Origin: Gemmatimonadota bacterium
Lineage (GTDB): Bacteria > Gemmatimonadota > Gemmatimonadetes > Longimicrobiales > Gaopeijiaceae
Assembly (NCBI GenBank): GCA_039589315.1
Contig: JBDHHQ010000112.1
Location: 1-30,122 of the forward strand
Direction of reading: 5' to 3'
DNA: 30,122 nt
Positions 9,760 to 18,594 of the stretch are shown piece by piece (the stretch's first letter is position 1; every line of letters begins with the position of its first letter). The notes under the pieces are model-generated. The model searched no databases and had not been told where the DNA came from. It saw only the letters and a list, made by a program, of their open reading frames with translations. Both the position numbers and the translations under genes were made by a program.

Positions 9760-10452
9760 ATGGCCCAGCCACCCCGCATCGCCTTCGTCACCATCGGCCA
9801 GACGCCCCGCGTGGATCTGATGCCCGAGGTCCTCGAGCTCATCGGTCGTGAGGTCGAGGCCGTCGAGCGGGGCGCGCTGGACGGAATGACGTCGGAGGAG
9901 GTGGAGAGGATGGCGCCGGGGCCCCGGGACAAGGCGTTGGTGACCCGCATGCGGGACGGCGCCGAGGCCGTGGTCTCGAAGGCCCGGATGGAGGGCCGGC
10001 TGAACCGGTTGCTCGAGGAGCTCGACGACGAACCGCTGGACGCGGTGGTGCTGCTGTGCACAGGCCGTTTTCCAGGCCTCGAGCCCGGCCGGCACCCGCT
10101 GGTGGAGGCCCAGGAAGTAGTGGACGCCGCCATCACGCACATGGCCGTAGACGGTCGCGCCGTGGGCATCGTCGTGCCGCTGGAGCGCCAGGAGGCCGAA
10201 TTCCATGGGCTGGAGTCAGGCGTCCGAACGGTCTTCGCGCACGCCGACCCCTACGCCCACGCGTCGTTCGCGGAGGCCGCCGAACGCCTGGCGGGCTGCG
10301 GGAGCCGCGTTCTCCACTGCATCGGCTACGATCGAGCGATGCAGTCGCGGTTGGCAACGCTCACCGGTGGGCCCGTGCTCCTGAGCCGCGCGCTCGTGGC
10401 CGGGGCCGTGCGCGACCTGATCGACGAGCGGAGTGCACAGCGTTCCGCATGA
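9760..10452 (+). CDS. AroM family protein, 230 aa
   Basis: N-terminal 'IAFVTIGQTPRVDL', 'GALDG', 'LVTRMRDG', 'LLCTGRFP', 'ADPY' and 'LHCIGY' are AroM-family signatures. Start moved to ATG 9760. Confidence 0.85.
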   Translation: MAQPPRIAFVTIGQTPRVDLMPEVLELIGREVEAVERGALDGMTSEEVERMAPGPRDKALVTRMRDGAEAVVSKARMEGRLNRLLEELDDEPLDAVVLLCTGRFPGLEPGRHPLVEAQEVVDAAITHMAVDGRAVGIVVPLERQEAEFHGLESGVRTVFAHADPYAHASFAEAAERLAGCGSRVLHCIGYDRAMQSRLATLTGGPVLLSRALVAGAVRDLIDERSAQRSA

Positions 10453-12023
10453 GCGAACCCCAGCGGCCGCCACACCCCCGCTTCTTCGAGCCCGTCACGG
10501 TCGTCCTGGGCGCTCTCATGGCCGTCGTGGGGACCGTGATCGGTCTGGAGCTTCTGACCCGGGTGGGGATCACGCCCAACAGCTCCATCATCGCGGCGGT
10601 GGTCGCCATCGCGCTCTCACGGGTCCCGGTCGCCTTCGCTCGGCGCTTCACCGACGTGGGGCGCCAGAACCTGATGCAGACGGTCATCTCCGGGGCGACT
10701 TTCGGCGGCGCCAACGCGCTGCTGCTGCCGCTGGGCGTGGTGTGGCTGCTGGGACGGCCCGATCTGGTGCCCGCCATGCTCGTGGGCGCGCTCCTGGGGC
10801 TCCTGGTGGACGCCCTGATGCTGTACCGGCTGTTCGACTCGTCCGTCTACCCGGCTACTGGCCTCTGGCCCGCCGGGGTGGCCACGGCCGAGGTGATTCT
10901 CGCGGGGGACCGCGGTGGGCGCCGAGCCCGGCTATTGGGCGTGGGGGCGGCGGCCGGGAGCGCCGGCCAGTTGGCGGGGATTCCCATGGACGTGTTCGGC
11001 GTCTGCTGGATCGGCAACATCTGGGCGCTCACGGCGTTCGCGGTGGGCCTGCTGATCCGGGGTCAGGTAGCCCCGGGCGCCGGTGTCGACATCGCCGCGC
11101 TCTACGTGCCCCACGGTGTCATGATCGGCGCGGGGATCGTGGCGCTGGTGCAGATCGTCATGCTGATCGTGGGTCCGGAACGGAGAGGAGGGGCGCATCG
11201 AGCCATCTCGGCCCGCCCCCTGGGGCCCACGCTGGCGGGGGGCTACGGGGCGTTCGTGATCGTCGCCGTCCTGCTGGCTGCTCTCGGCGGAATCGCCACT
11301 CAGATGTCCCCCGGCATGTTGGTGGCCTTCGTGTTGTTCGCGGGCGCCGCCGCTCTGGTGTCCGAGCTCATCGTGGGTATCAGCGCCATGCACGCCGGAT
11401 GGTTCCCGGCCTTCGCCACTGCGCTGATCTTCCTCGTGTTGGGCATGCTGATGGGATTCCCGGAGGTGCCGCTGGCGCTGCTCGTCGGGTTCACTGCGTC
11501 CACGGGGCCCGCCTTCGCTGACATGGCCTACGACTTCAAGGCTGGATGGATATTGAGGGGCAAGGGCGCCGATCCGGCCTTCGAGCGGGACGGTCGCCGC
11601 CAGCAGCTCATCGCGGAGTGCTTCGGTTTCGCCGTCGCCGCGGTGTTCGTGATTCTCACCCATCGCTACTACTTCGACGCCGACCTTTTTCCTCCGGTCG
11701 ACCGGGTGTACGTAGCCACGATTCAGGCCGGCGCCGATCCGACGGTGGGACGGATGCTGTTGCTCTGGGCGGTGCCCGGTGCGGTGATCCAAGCCCTGGG
11801 CGGTCGGCAGCGACAGCTCGGAATCCTCCTGGCGACTGGGCTCTTGATCCTGAATCCGGCCGCGGGCTGGGCGGCGGCCGTAGCGCTCATGATTCGCTTC
11901 GTAGTGCACCGCCGATACGGCCAGGGCGTCAACGACCGACTGTACGTGCTGGCCGGCGGGCTCATTGCCGGATCGGCGGTGACGAGCTTCGGGACTGCGA
12001 CCGCGAGTCGGCTGGGGCGGTAG
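10449..12023 (+). CDS. OPT/YSL family oligopeptide transporter, 524 aa
   Basis: ATGA overlap with the AroM stop and many TM helices. Motifs 'GITPNSSIIAA', 'RQNLMQTVISGATFGGAN', 'WPAGVATAE', 'AMHAGWFPAFA' and 'TGPAFADMAYDFKAG'. Confidence 0.85.
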   Translation: MSEPQRPPHPRFFEPVTVVLGALMAVVGTVIGLELLTRVGITPNSSIIAAVVAIALSRVPVAFARRFTDVGRQNLMQTVISGATFGGANALLLPLGVVWLLGRPDLVPAMLVGALLGLLVDALMLYRLFDSSVYPATGLWPAGVATAEVILAGDRGGRRARLLGVGAAAGSAGQLAGIPMDVFGVCWIGNIWALTAFAVGLLIRGQVAPGAGVDIAALYVPHGVMIGAGIVALVQIVMLIVGPERRGGAHRAISARPLGPTLAGGYGAFVIVAVLLAALGGIATQMSPGMLVAFVLFAGAAALVSELIVGISAMHAGWFPAFATALIFLVLGMLMGFPEVPLALLVGFTASTGPAFADMAYDFKAGWILRGKGADPAFERDGRRQQLIAECFGFAVAAVFVILTHRYYFDADLFPPVDRVYVATIQAGADPTVGRMLLLWAVPGAVIQALGGRQRQLGILLATGLLILNPAAGWAAAVALMIRFVVHRRYGQGVNDRLYVLAGGLIAGSAVTSFGTATASRLGR

Positions 12024-12183
12024 CGCCGAGCCGCACCCATGTATCGAGGGCCCGGCTTCCTGGCCGTCGCCCGGATCCCAGCGGAGCGGCCGAGTGAGGT
12101 TCCGGCCAAACTGGAGGTGGCGCGAAGTCACGAATTGCCGGATATTCACGGACTACATCCGACGTGAATCCAGGAGAGCGAGT

Positions 12184-12753
12184 ATGCGACTAGGACATTT
12201 GGCGGCGACGGGGGCCCTGGCGGCGGTGGCGTCCGCGTGCGGCGGAGGAATCAGCGTGAACAGCGACTGGGATCCGGCGATCGACTTCGCCAACTACCGG
12301 ACCTTCGCTGTCCTGGATGAGGCCTCGGGAGAGCAGCTGCCGGCCTTCGTGGACCAGCGAGTGAAGGCGTCGATTGCGAGCACGCTGACCGCCAAGGGTA
12401 TGGAGCAGGCGGACAATCCGGACAACGCGGACGTCGCGGTGGGATACCAGTTCACGTCGGAGCAGCGGTCCTCTTACCAGACCGTCAACACGGGCTGGGG
12501 TGGATACGGCTACGGCGGCTACGGCGGATGGTACGGCTCCGGCATGAGCATGGGGACCAGCACGACGACCGAGCGGCGTTACGAGGTCGGCTCATTGGTC
12601 ATCGCCATCTTCGACGTCGAGCAGGAGCAGATGATCTTCGCCAGCACCGGCTCCAAGACCCTCGAGGATCGGCAGATGACCCCGGAGGAGTCGCAGGCCC
12701 GCATAGACGAGGCGGTTCAGACGATTCTGAGGGACTTTCCGCCGGGAAGCTGA
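12184..12753 (+). CDS. DUF4136 family lipoprotein, 189 aa
   Basis: AGGAG SD and lipobox ASAC. Motifs 'SDWDPAIDFANYRTF', a Gly/Tyr-rich loop and 'YEVGSLVIAIFD', ending in 'ILRDFPP'. Confidence 0.88.
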   Translation: MRLGHLAATGALAAVASACGGGISVNSDWDPAIDFANYRTFAVLDEASGEQLPAFVDQRVKASIASTLTAKGMEQADNPDNADVAVGYQFTSEQRSSYQTVNTGWGGYGYGGYGGWYGSGMSMGTSTTTERRYEVGSLVIAIFDVEQEQMIFASTGSKTLEDRQMTPEESQARIDEAVQTILRDFPPGS

Positions 12754-12816
12754 CGGGAGGAGTCGAGACGCGGGGTCACCCCCGGAGCCCGTAGGCTCGA
12801 CGATCCTGATCCAGAT

Positions 12817-12840
12817 GATCGCCCGCGGTCGCGGGCGATC
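12817..12840 (+). terminator. Hairpin after the DUF4136 gene
   Basis: GATCGCCCGC-GGTC-GCGGGCGATC forms a perfect 10-bp stem. There is no U-tract. Confidence 0.35.
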
Positions 12841-13002
12841 GCGGCATGCACCACGGTGGTGGCGATCCGCTGACGGGCTATCTGCCGAGGGCCATCTGGT
12901 CACGAGGCCGCCCGGCCGGTAGCGCACCGTGCTCCCTGGTCCCTGACCGTAGCTTTCCGTAGCTTCGCCCTCCTCTTGGAAGACCATCACCATGGAGGCT
13001 CC

Positions 13003-14580
13003 ATGCGGTACCCTCGCGGCCTCGGCCAGGCCCTGGCCTTGGGCATGCTCCTGCAGGCCGCCCTGACCCTGTCGCGTCCCACGGACGCGCAGGCTCAGTC
13101 CGCGGCCTACGATCTCCCCATTCGGGAGCACGTCTTCGACAACGGCCTTCGCTTGCTCGTGTTGGAGCGTCCGGGCGATCCGCGCGTCGCGGCCAAGATC
13201 TTCACCGACATGGGGGCGATCCACGAGATCCCCGGTCAGTTGGGCGCCGCCCACTTCGTCGAGCACCTCATGTTCAAGGGCACGCCGACGCTGGGCACCA
13301 CCAATTGGGAAGCCGAGTCGGCCATCCGGGAGCGGATGAAGGAAGTGGAGGCTGCCCTCCTGGCCGAGAAGAACCGGGCCCGGAATGACATCCGGCAGCG
13401 GGGCATCATGGACGATTACCGTCATGCGGCCAGCACGCCCGAGATTGATCGCCTCCGAGCCGAGCTGGACTCCCTCGAGCGGGAGGCGGCCGAGTACCGA
13501 GAGAGTGCCGCCATGAAGCGATGGTACCAGGCGTACGGCGGCACGAACCTGACGGCTACCACCGAGCAGGAGTACATGAAGTTCGACATCGAGCTGCCGG
13601 TGGAGCGCGTCGACCTCTTTCTCCGCGTCGAAGCCGATCGCATGACGAACACGATCTTCCGGGAGTTCGAGCAGGAGCGGATGGTGCTCGTGGAGCAGCG
13701 GATCGGTGACCTCAACCGGCCGTCGACGCCGTACTACGAGCAGATGAACGCGATGGCCGGCGTCGTCCATCCGGTGTTCTGGCCCGAGGGCTACATGACC
13801 GACTTCGACGAGTACAGTCGGGAGGATCAGCGCTACCTCTACGAAACGTACTTCGTGATCAACAACACCACGCTGGTCTTCGTAGGCGGGGTGTCCTTGG
13901 AAGAGATGATCCCGAAGGTGGAGCACTACTTCGGGTGGATGGAGCCCGCGCCCGAGCCCCTGCGGACGGCCGCGGTGGAGCCGCCGCCCGCGGCGGAGAG
14001 GCGGCTCGTGTACCGAAACGACCAGATCGAGCCACGCGTGGAGTTCCGCTACCAGATCCCGGGCGTGGGCCATCCGGACCGCCCCGTGTTCGACGTGCTG
14101 GGCGAGGTCGCCGCTCGCACCCTCGGCGACGCCCTGAGTGACTCAGGGATCGACGGCAGCGTGAACGTCAACACGCGTGTGGTCCATACGACGCGCTTCG
14201 GTGTGCCGGGGACGATCAACTTCGAGGTCATCCTCTCGGACGAGGAGCAGCTCGAGGCGGCGGAGTCGGTCCTGGCCGCAGCGGTGGAGTCCTTGAAGCG
14301 ACCGCCCGCCGCGGAGCTGGTCACCAGGGCTCAGAAGACCCTCCGCACCGACTGGCACCGCACGGCCCGAGACGCCAACGCGTTGGCCTTCGAGATCGGC
14401 CACTTCCAGACCATGGATCGCTGGCAAACGCTGCCCGAGTACCTGCAGGCGCGGGACGACGCCACGCCGGACGATATCGCCCGAATCGCGGTGCTCTATT
14501 TCGTCCCGGACAACCGGTCGGTGGGCGTGGCTCGCTCCCGTACGCCGCGTGGCCGCCCAGCCACGGAGGACCGGCCATGA
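13003..14580 (+). CDS. M16 (pitrilysin family) metallopeptidase subunit with HxxEH, signal peptide, 525 aa
   Basis: GGAGG SD before ATG 13003 and a signal peptide. Motifs DNGLRLLV, GAAHFVEHLMFKGT and EADRM, ending in 'YFVPDNRSVG'. Confidence 0.9.
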   Translation: MRYPRGLGQALALGMLLQAALTLSRPTDAQAQSAAYDLPIREHVFDNGLRLLVLERPGDPRVAAKIFTDMGAIHEIPGQLGAAHFVEHLMFKGTPTLGTTNWEAESAIRERMKEVEAALLAEKNRARNDIRQRGIMDDYRHAASTPEIDRLRAELDSLEREAAEYRESAAMKRWYQAYGGTNLTATTEQEYMKFDIELPVERVDLFLRVEADRMTNTIFREFEQERMVLVEQRIGDLNRPSTPYYEQMNAMAGVVHPVFWPEGYMTDFDEYSREDQRYLYETYFVINNTTLVFVGGVSLEEMIPKVEHYFGWMEPAPEPLRTAAVEPPPAAERRLVYRNDQIEPRVEFRYQIPGVGHPDRPVFDVLGEVAARTLGDALSDSGIDGSVNVNTRVVHTTRFGVPGTINFEVILSDEEQLEAAESVLAAAVESLKRPPAAELVTRAQKTLRTDWHRTARDANALAFEIGHFQTMDRWQTLPEYLQARDDATPDDIARIAVLYFVPDNRSVGVARSRTPRGRPATEDRP

Positions 14581-16031
14581 GCGCCCCACGCTGCGGATCA
14601 GGCTTGGCCGTCCTGGCGGTCACGGCGGCCCTCGCGGTTCCCGCCGCGGCCCAGGACTACACGCACCCCCGGCAGATGGACCTGCCGCAGCCGCGGTTCG
14701 AGCGGCCCGACCCGTCTGCGCTGCAGTTGACGTTGGACAACGGCCTCACGGCCTACGTGGCCGAGGACCATCGGGCGCCACTCGTCACCTTCACGGCATT
14801 CGTGGCCGGCGGGACCGGCGACGGGGCGCCGGGGGAGGCCGCACTGGTGGGGGCGGCGCTGCGCCGGGGCCCCGCGTCCATGGCCCCGGCGGACTTCCGG
14901 GACGCCTTGGACGAGATGGCCGCCAGCTACGCCGTCACCGTAACCCACGAAGAGACCGAGGTCACGCTGGACGTGCCTGGCGAGGACGCCTGGGACGCCC
15001 TGGACCTGTTTACGGCGGTGTTGCGAGCCCCAGCGTTCGAGGTCGCGGACATGGGTGGAGGTGGCCGGACTATCCAGGCCGAGGGCATCGACTGGGCCAG
15101 CTCGATTGCGGGTGCCATCGACGCGTTCGAGTCGCGGCTCTTCCGGGACCATCCGTACGGCCGCCTGCCCACCTCGGAGGAGCGCGCTGCGGCCCGCGGC
15201 GGCGGTGCCCAGTCGTTCCACTCCCGGCTCTTCGTCCCGGCGAACATGACCCTGGCCGTCTCTGGAGACTTCGACCTCGTCGAGGCTCGGCAGCGGACGG
15301 ATGGCGCCTTCGCTTCCTGGTCGGCCGCGAGCCGACCGGATCTGGCCGAGCATCCCATCGTGGAGACCTCGGCGCCGCGCCAGGTCCTCCAGGCCAACGC
15401 CGACAAGCTCCAGGGATGGGTGGTCATCGGTCACGAGTTGCCGATCGTGCCGGCGGACGAGCGGGCGGCCCTGGACGTCATGAACTACATCCTCGGCGCG
15501 TACCACCTGGACGCCCGCCTCTTCCGGGAGGCCCGGGAGCTCCGTGGGCTCACCAACGACAATAGCGCGTTCCTCGAGCCGTCGGTGCGCGGGCCCGGCA
15601 CCTATTCGTTTCACACCTACGGCCGCCCGGAGGCGGTTCGGCTGCTCGTGGACGTGACGTTCCGGGAGCTGGAGCGGATGCGGGACGAGCCGGTCAGCGC
15701 GGAGGAGCTGTTCGTAGCGCAGGGGGCCCTCGCCGACGGTACGTGGGCGACGGCGTACGCCACGGGGCACGACGCCACCCGCAGCTATGCACGCGAATGG
15801 CTCCACTTCGGGAGCCACGACCAAAGCGAGCGCTACGTGGACGAGGTGCGGGACGTGACCATCGGGCGGGTCCAGGAGATGGCACGGAAGTACCTGCATC
15901 CGGAGCGGATGATCGTGGCGGTCGTGGGACCCCTCGAGGAGATCGCCGACGCGCCCAGCATCGAAGACGAGCCTCAGCTGGAGAGCTGGGGAGAGGTCGT
16001 CCGAATCGACGGCGATTCAGGAGGACGTTAG
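14577..16031 (+). CDS. M16 family non-catalytic partner subunit, signal peptide
   Basis: ATGA overlap with the upstream M16 gene. Motifs TLDNGLTAYVAEDHRAPLV, HPYG, FVPANMTLAVSGDFD, VMNYILG and ARKYLHPERM. No HxxEH. Confidence 0.88.
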   Translation: MSAPRCGSGLAVLAVTAALAVPAAAQDYTHPRQMDLPQPRFERPDPSALQLTLDNGLTAYVAEDHRAPLVTFTAFVAGGTGDGAPGEAALVGAALRRGPASMAPADFRDALDEMAASYAVTVTHEETEVTLDVPGEDAWDALDLFTAVLRAPAFEVADMGGGGRTIQAEGIDWASSIAGAIDAFESRLFRDHPYGRLPTSEERAAARGGGAQSFHSRLFVPANMTLAVSGDFDLVEARQRTDGAFASWSAASRPDLAEHPIVETSAPRQVLQANADKLQGWVVIGHELPIVPADERAALDVMNYILGAYHLDARLFREARELRGLTNDNSAFLEPSVRGPGTYSFHTYGRPEAVRLLVDVTFRELERMRDEPVSAEELFVAQGALADGTWATAYATGHDATRSYAREWLHFGSHDQSERYVDEVRDVTIGRVQEMARKYLHPERMIVAVVGPLEEIADAPSIEDEPQLESWGEVVRIDGDSGGR

Positions 16032-16168
16032 CCGGCGCCCGGGGTTCATCCGCGGCGGACGTCGGGCACGGGGTCGAGACGGTCCGGCCGCGCCCGTGCG
16101 GATCGCGCGTAGGCGATCTCCGGTGGGGATGACGGCACGGCGGGGACCCCGCCGCAGGCGTCCGAGCG

Positions 16169-16951
16169 CTACAGCTCGAAGTCGGCCACCACGGGCGCGT
16201 GGTCTGACGGCTTCGACTCGAACGTCAGCTTCTTCCGGTGGTCGCGCTCCACCCAGGCCTTCTTGCTCGTCCTGGCCATCGGCCCCGTTGCGTAGATGTG
16301 GTCTATCCTGAGGCCGTCGTTCTTGGGGAACGCCAGTCGCTGGTAGTCCCACCAGGTGTACACATGGCCCTCGGGGTGGTGACGCTCGAACACGTCGGCG
16401 AAGCCGAACTCCCGGATCGTCGCCAGGGCGCTCCGGGCCGAGCGGTGACACAGGACACTGGCCGCCCAGCGCTCCGGATGCTCGGCGTCCGTGTCCCGGG
16501 GCGCCACGTTGAAGTCCCCCGTTAGAGCCATGGGGCTCTTGGGGTCGAACGTCCGATCGATCCACACCCGGAGCTGGCCCATCCACGCGAGCTTGTAGCC
16601 CCACTTCTCCGCCCCGACCGACTCACCGTTGGGGAAGTAGGCGCTGAAGACCCGGACGCCATCGACCGTCGCCGAGATCAGGCGGGCTTGTGGGTCCTGG
16701 TCCTCCTCGCCCATCCCTCGGATCACCTCCCGGGGCTCGGAGCGGCTCAGGATCGCGACTCCGTTGTAGGTCTTCTGTCCGTAGACGGTGGCGTGGTACC
16801 CAGCCGCCTCGATCGCCTCGAAGGGGAACGCTTCGTCGGCGACCTTGAGCTCCTGAAGGCACAGGGCGTCCGGCTCGAGCTGTTCGAGAAAGCCCAACAC
16901 CCGGTCGAGGCGGACTTTGATGGAGTTGATGTTCCAGGTGGCGATACGCAT
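16169..16951 (-). CDS. xth: Exodeoxyribonuclease III, 260 aa
   Basis: MRIATWNINSI start at 16951. Motifs CLQELK, GQKTYNGVAILS, YFPNG, GDFNVAP, YTWWDY, GLRIDH and PSDHAPV. Confidence 0.96.
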   Translation of the reverse strand: MRIATWNINSIKVRLDRVLGFLEQLEPDALCLQELKVADEAFPFEAIEAAGYHATVYGQKTYNGVAILSRSEPREVIRGMGEEDQDPQARLISATVDGVRVFSAYFPNGESVGAEKWGYKLAWMGQLRVWIDRTFDPKSPMALTGDFNVAPRDTDAEHPERWAASVLCHRSARSALATIREFGFADVFERHHPEGHVYTWWDYQRLAFPKNDGLRIDHIYATGPMARTSKKAWVERDHRKKLTFESKPSDHAPVVADFEL

Positions 16952-16956
16952 GGAGC

Positions 16957-17316
16957 TCACTCGGACCTTTCGGGTCGGCTGGCCTGGGCCCGCCGCTGCG
17001 TGACCTCGAGGAGGATCCGGTCGCCCCTCTGGGCGCTCACGCGGTTGGAGGTCAGCAAACCGCGAGGCAGGTCTACGACGAACTCGAGGGGGCCGGGCTC
17101 CCACGAGAACGTGAAGTCGGCCTCTTCGCCCCGGGGCACGCTGCCCAGGTAGAACGGCTCCATGCGGGCGAAGGTGTAGTCCACCGCGATCAACTCACCG
17201 GTCCGGTTCACGACATGGACGGTGACGGCCTCCTCAGGGGAGGGCGGCGGAGCAGACGATCCGCCGCACGCGGAAGCGACGAGCAGGGCGGTCGTGAAGA
17301 CGAGTGCGTTGTGCAT
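16957..17316 (-). CDS. Hypothetical small lipoprotein, 119 aa
   Basis: Signal peptide with lipobox (MHNALVFTTALLVASA-C), a Pro-rich linker and a beta-rich domain (VTVHVVN, LGSVPRG). The stop is 5 nt before the xth start. Confidence 0.7.
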   Translation of the reverse strand: MHNALVFTTALLVASACGGSSAPPPSPEEAVTVHVVNRTGELIAVDYTFARMEPFYLGSVPRGEEADFTFSWEPGPLEFVVDLPRGLLTSNRVSAQRGDRILLEVTQRRAQASRPERSE

Positions 17317-17572
17317 GGACCGGTTTCGGGAGGGGTGCCTTCGGGAACTTCGTCCCAGCCTCCCGGCCTCCGCAAGGCGGGCTGTTGGCCTCGGTCCAGC
17401 GCGGCGGAGCAGCTTCTCGCCTTGCGCCCGATTCCCACCGCCTCGACCTTCGCCGTCTCGGGATACGTGGCGGCTCCGGAACGGGCCCGTCCCGGAGGGA
17501 GCGTCGGTCACGGCCTCCGGGCCGGACCCACTCGCTGCGGGCCACCGACGCGGAACCCTCCAGGAGCGGCCC

Positions 17573-18547
17573 CTGATCCTGGATGCCATGGGCGAGATCC
17601 GGCTCACCCACCCGATGGACCTGATCAGGGAGGTCCTGGACAGCGGGACCGACATGGTGTGCGTGACGCTCACGGACCCGAAGGTGTTCGGCGAAGCGGC
17701 GCTGGATGCCGCGTTGGACGACCTGCTCGCCTACGACCGTCACATCCAGCAGCACTCCGACCTGCTCCTGAAAGCCACGAGCGTCGCCGACATCCACCGG
17801 GCTCGCCAGGACGGCAAGCTCGCCCTGTTCTATCTGCTCCAGAACACGACTCCCGTGCACAAGGACCTGGACCGGGTCGACATGCTCTACGGACTCGGGC
17901 TGCGGTCGCTGCAGCTCACGTACAACTACCAGAACTACGTGGGCTCGGGGTGCAGAGAGCGGGGCGGCTTCGGTCTGACCAACTTCGGGCACGAGCTCGT
18001 GGAGCGCATGAACGAGGTGGGCATGCTCGTGGACACGTCCCACGCCAACATGCCCACCATGGCCGACGCCATCCGGGCGTCCCGCCAACCCACCATCATC
18101 TCCCACACGGCCTGTCAGGCCGTGCATGAGCATGTCCGGAACACCACCGACGAGAACCTGCGGCTCCTGGCCGATCACGGCGGCGTGGTCGGGATCTGCC
18201 AGATACGGCCCTTCCTCACGACCGACCGGTCCGAGGACAACGTCCGGCACTACTTCAACCACATCGAGCACGCCGTGAACGTCGCGGGCATCGATCATGT
18301 GTGCATCGGCAGCGACCGGGACCACCGGGTCATCGAGGACACCGAGGAGGAGGTCCAGGTGCTCCTCGAGGAGGAGGGATCCCAGTTCAATCCTGCCGAC
18401 TGGCCCCTGTACATGCCGCGGATGAACGGACCCCGGCGCATGGAGCTGGTCTGGGACGGCCTGGTGGCAAAGGGCTATTCGGAGGATCAGGTGGAGAAGA
18501 TCATGGGCCACAACCTCTACCGGCTCTACGAAGAGGTGATCGGATGA
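17573..18547 (+). CDS. Membrane dipeptidase family (M19) amidohydrolase; start uncertain (CTG 17573 or ATG 17588)
   Basis: Motifs GLRSLQLTYN, GLTNFGHELVERMNEVGMLVDTSH, ISHT, RNTTDE, GGVVGI, AGIDHVCIGSD and KIMGHNLYR. Confidence 0.88.
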   Translation: MILDAMGEIRLTHPMDLIREVLDSGTDMVCVTLTDPKVFGEAALDAALDDLLAYDRHIQQHSDLLLKATSVADIHRARQDGKLALFYLLQNTTPVHKDLDRVDMLYGLGLRSLQLTYNYQNYVGSGCRERGGFGLTNFGHELVERMNEVGMLVDTSHANMPTMADAIRASRQPTIISHTACQAVHEHVRNTTDENLRLLADHGGVVGICQIRPFLTTDRSEDNVRHYFNHIEHAVNVAGIDHVCIGSDRDHRVIEDTEEEVQVLLEEEGSQFNPADWPLYMPRMNGPRRMELVWDGLVAKGYSEDQVEKIMGHNLYRLYEEVIG

Positions 18548-18594
18548 AGGCCGGGCACAGGCCCTTCGACGGGCACGCAACGGCGGGGGGAATC

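Noticed and set aside
16138..16154. CGGCGGG-GAC-CCCGCCG hairpin between the convergent M16 and xth genes
   Set aside because: It is only a 7-bp stem with no U-tract, and could easily arise by chance at this GC content.
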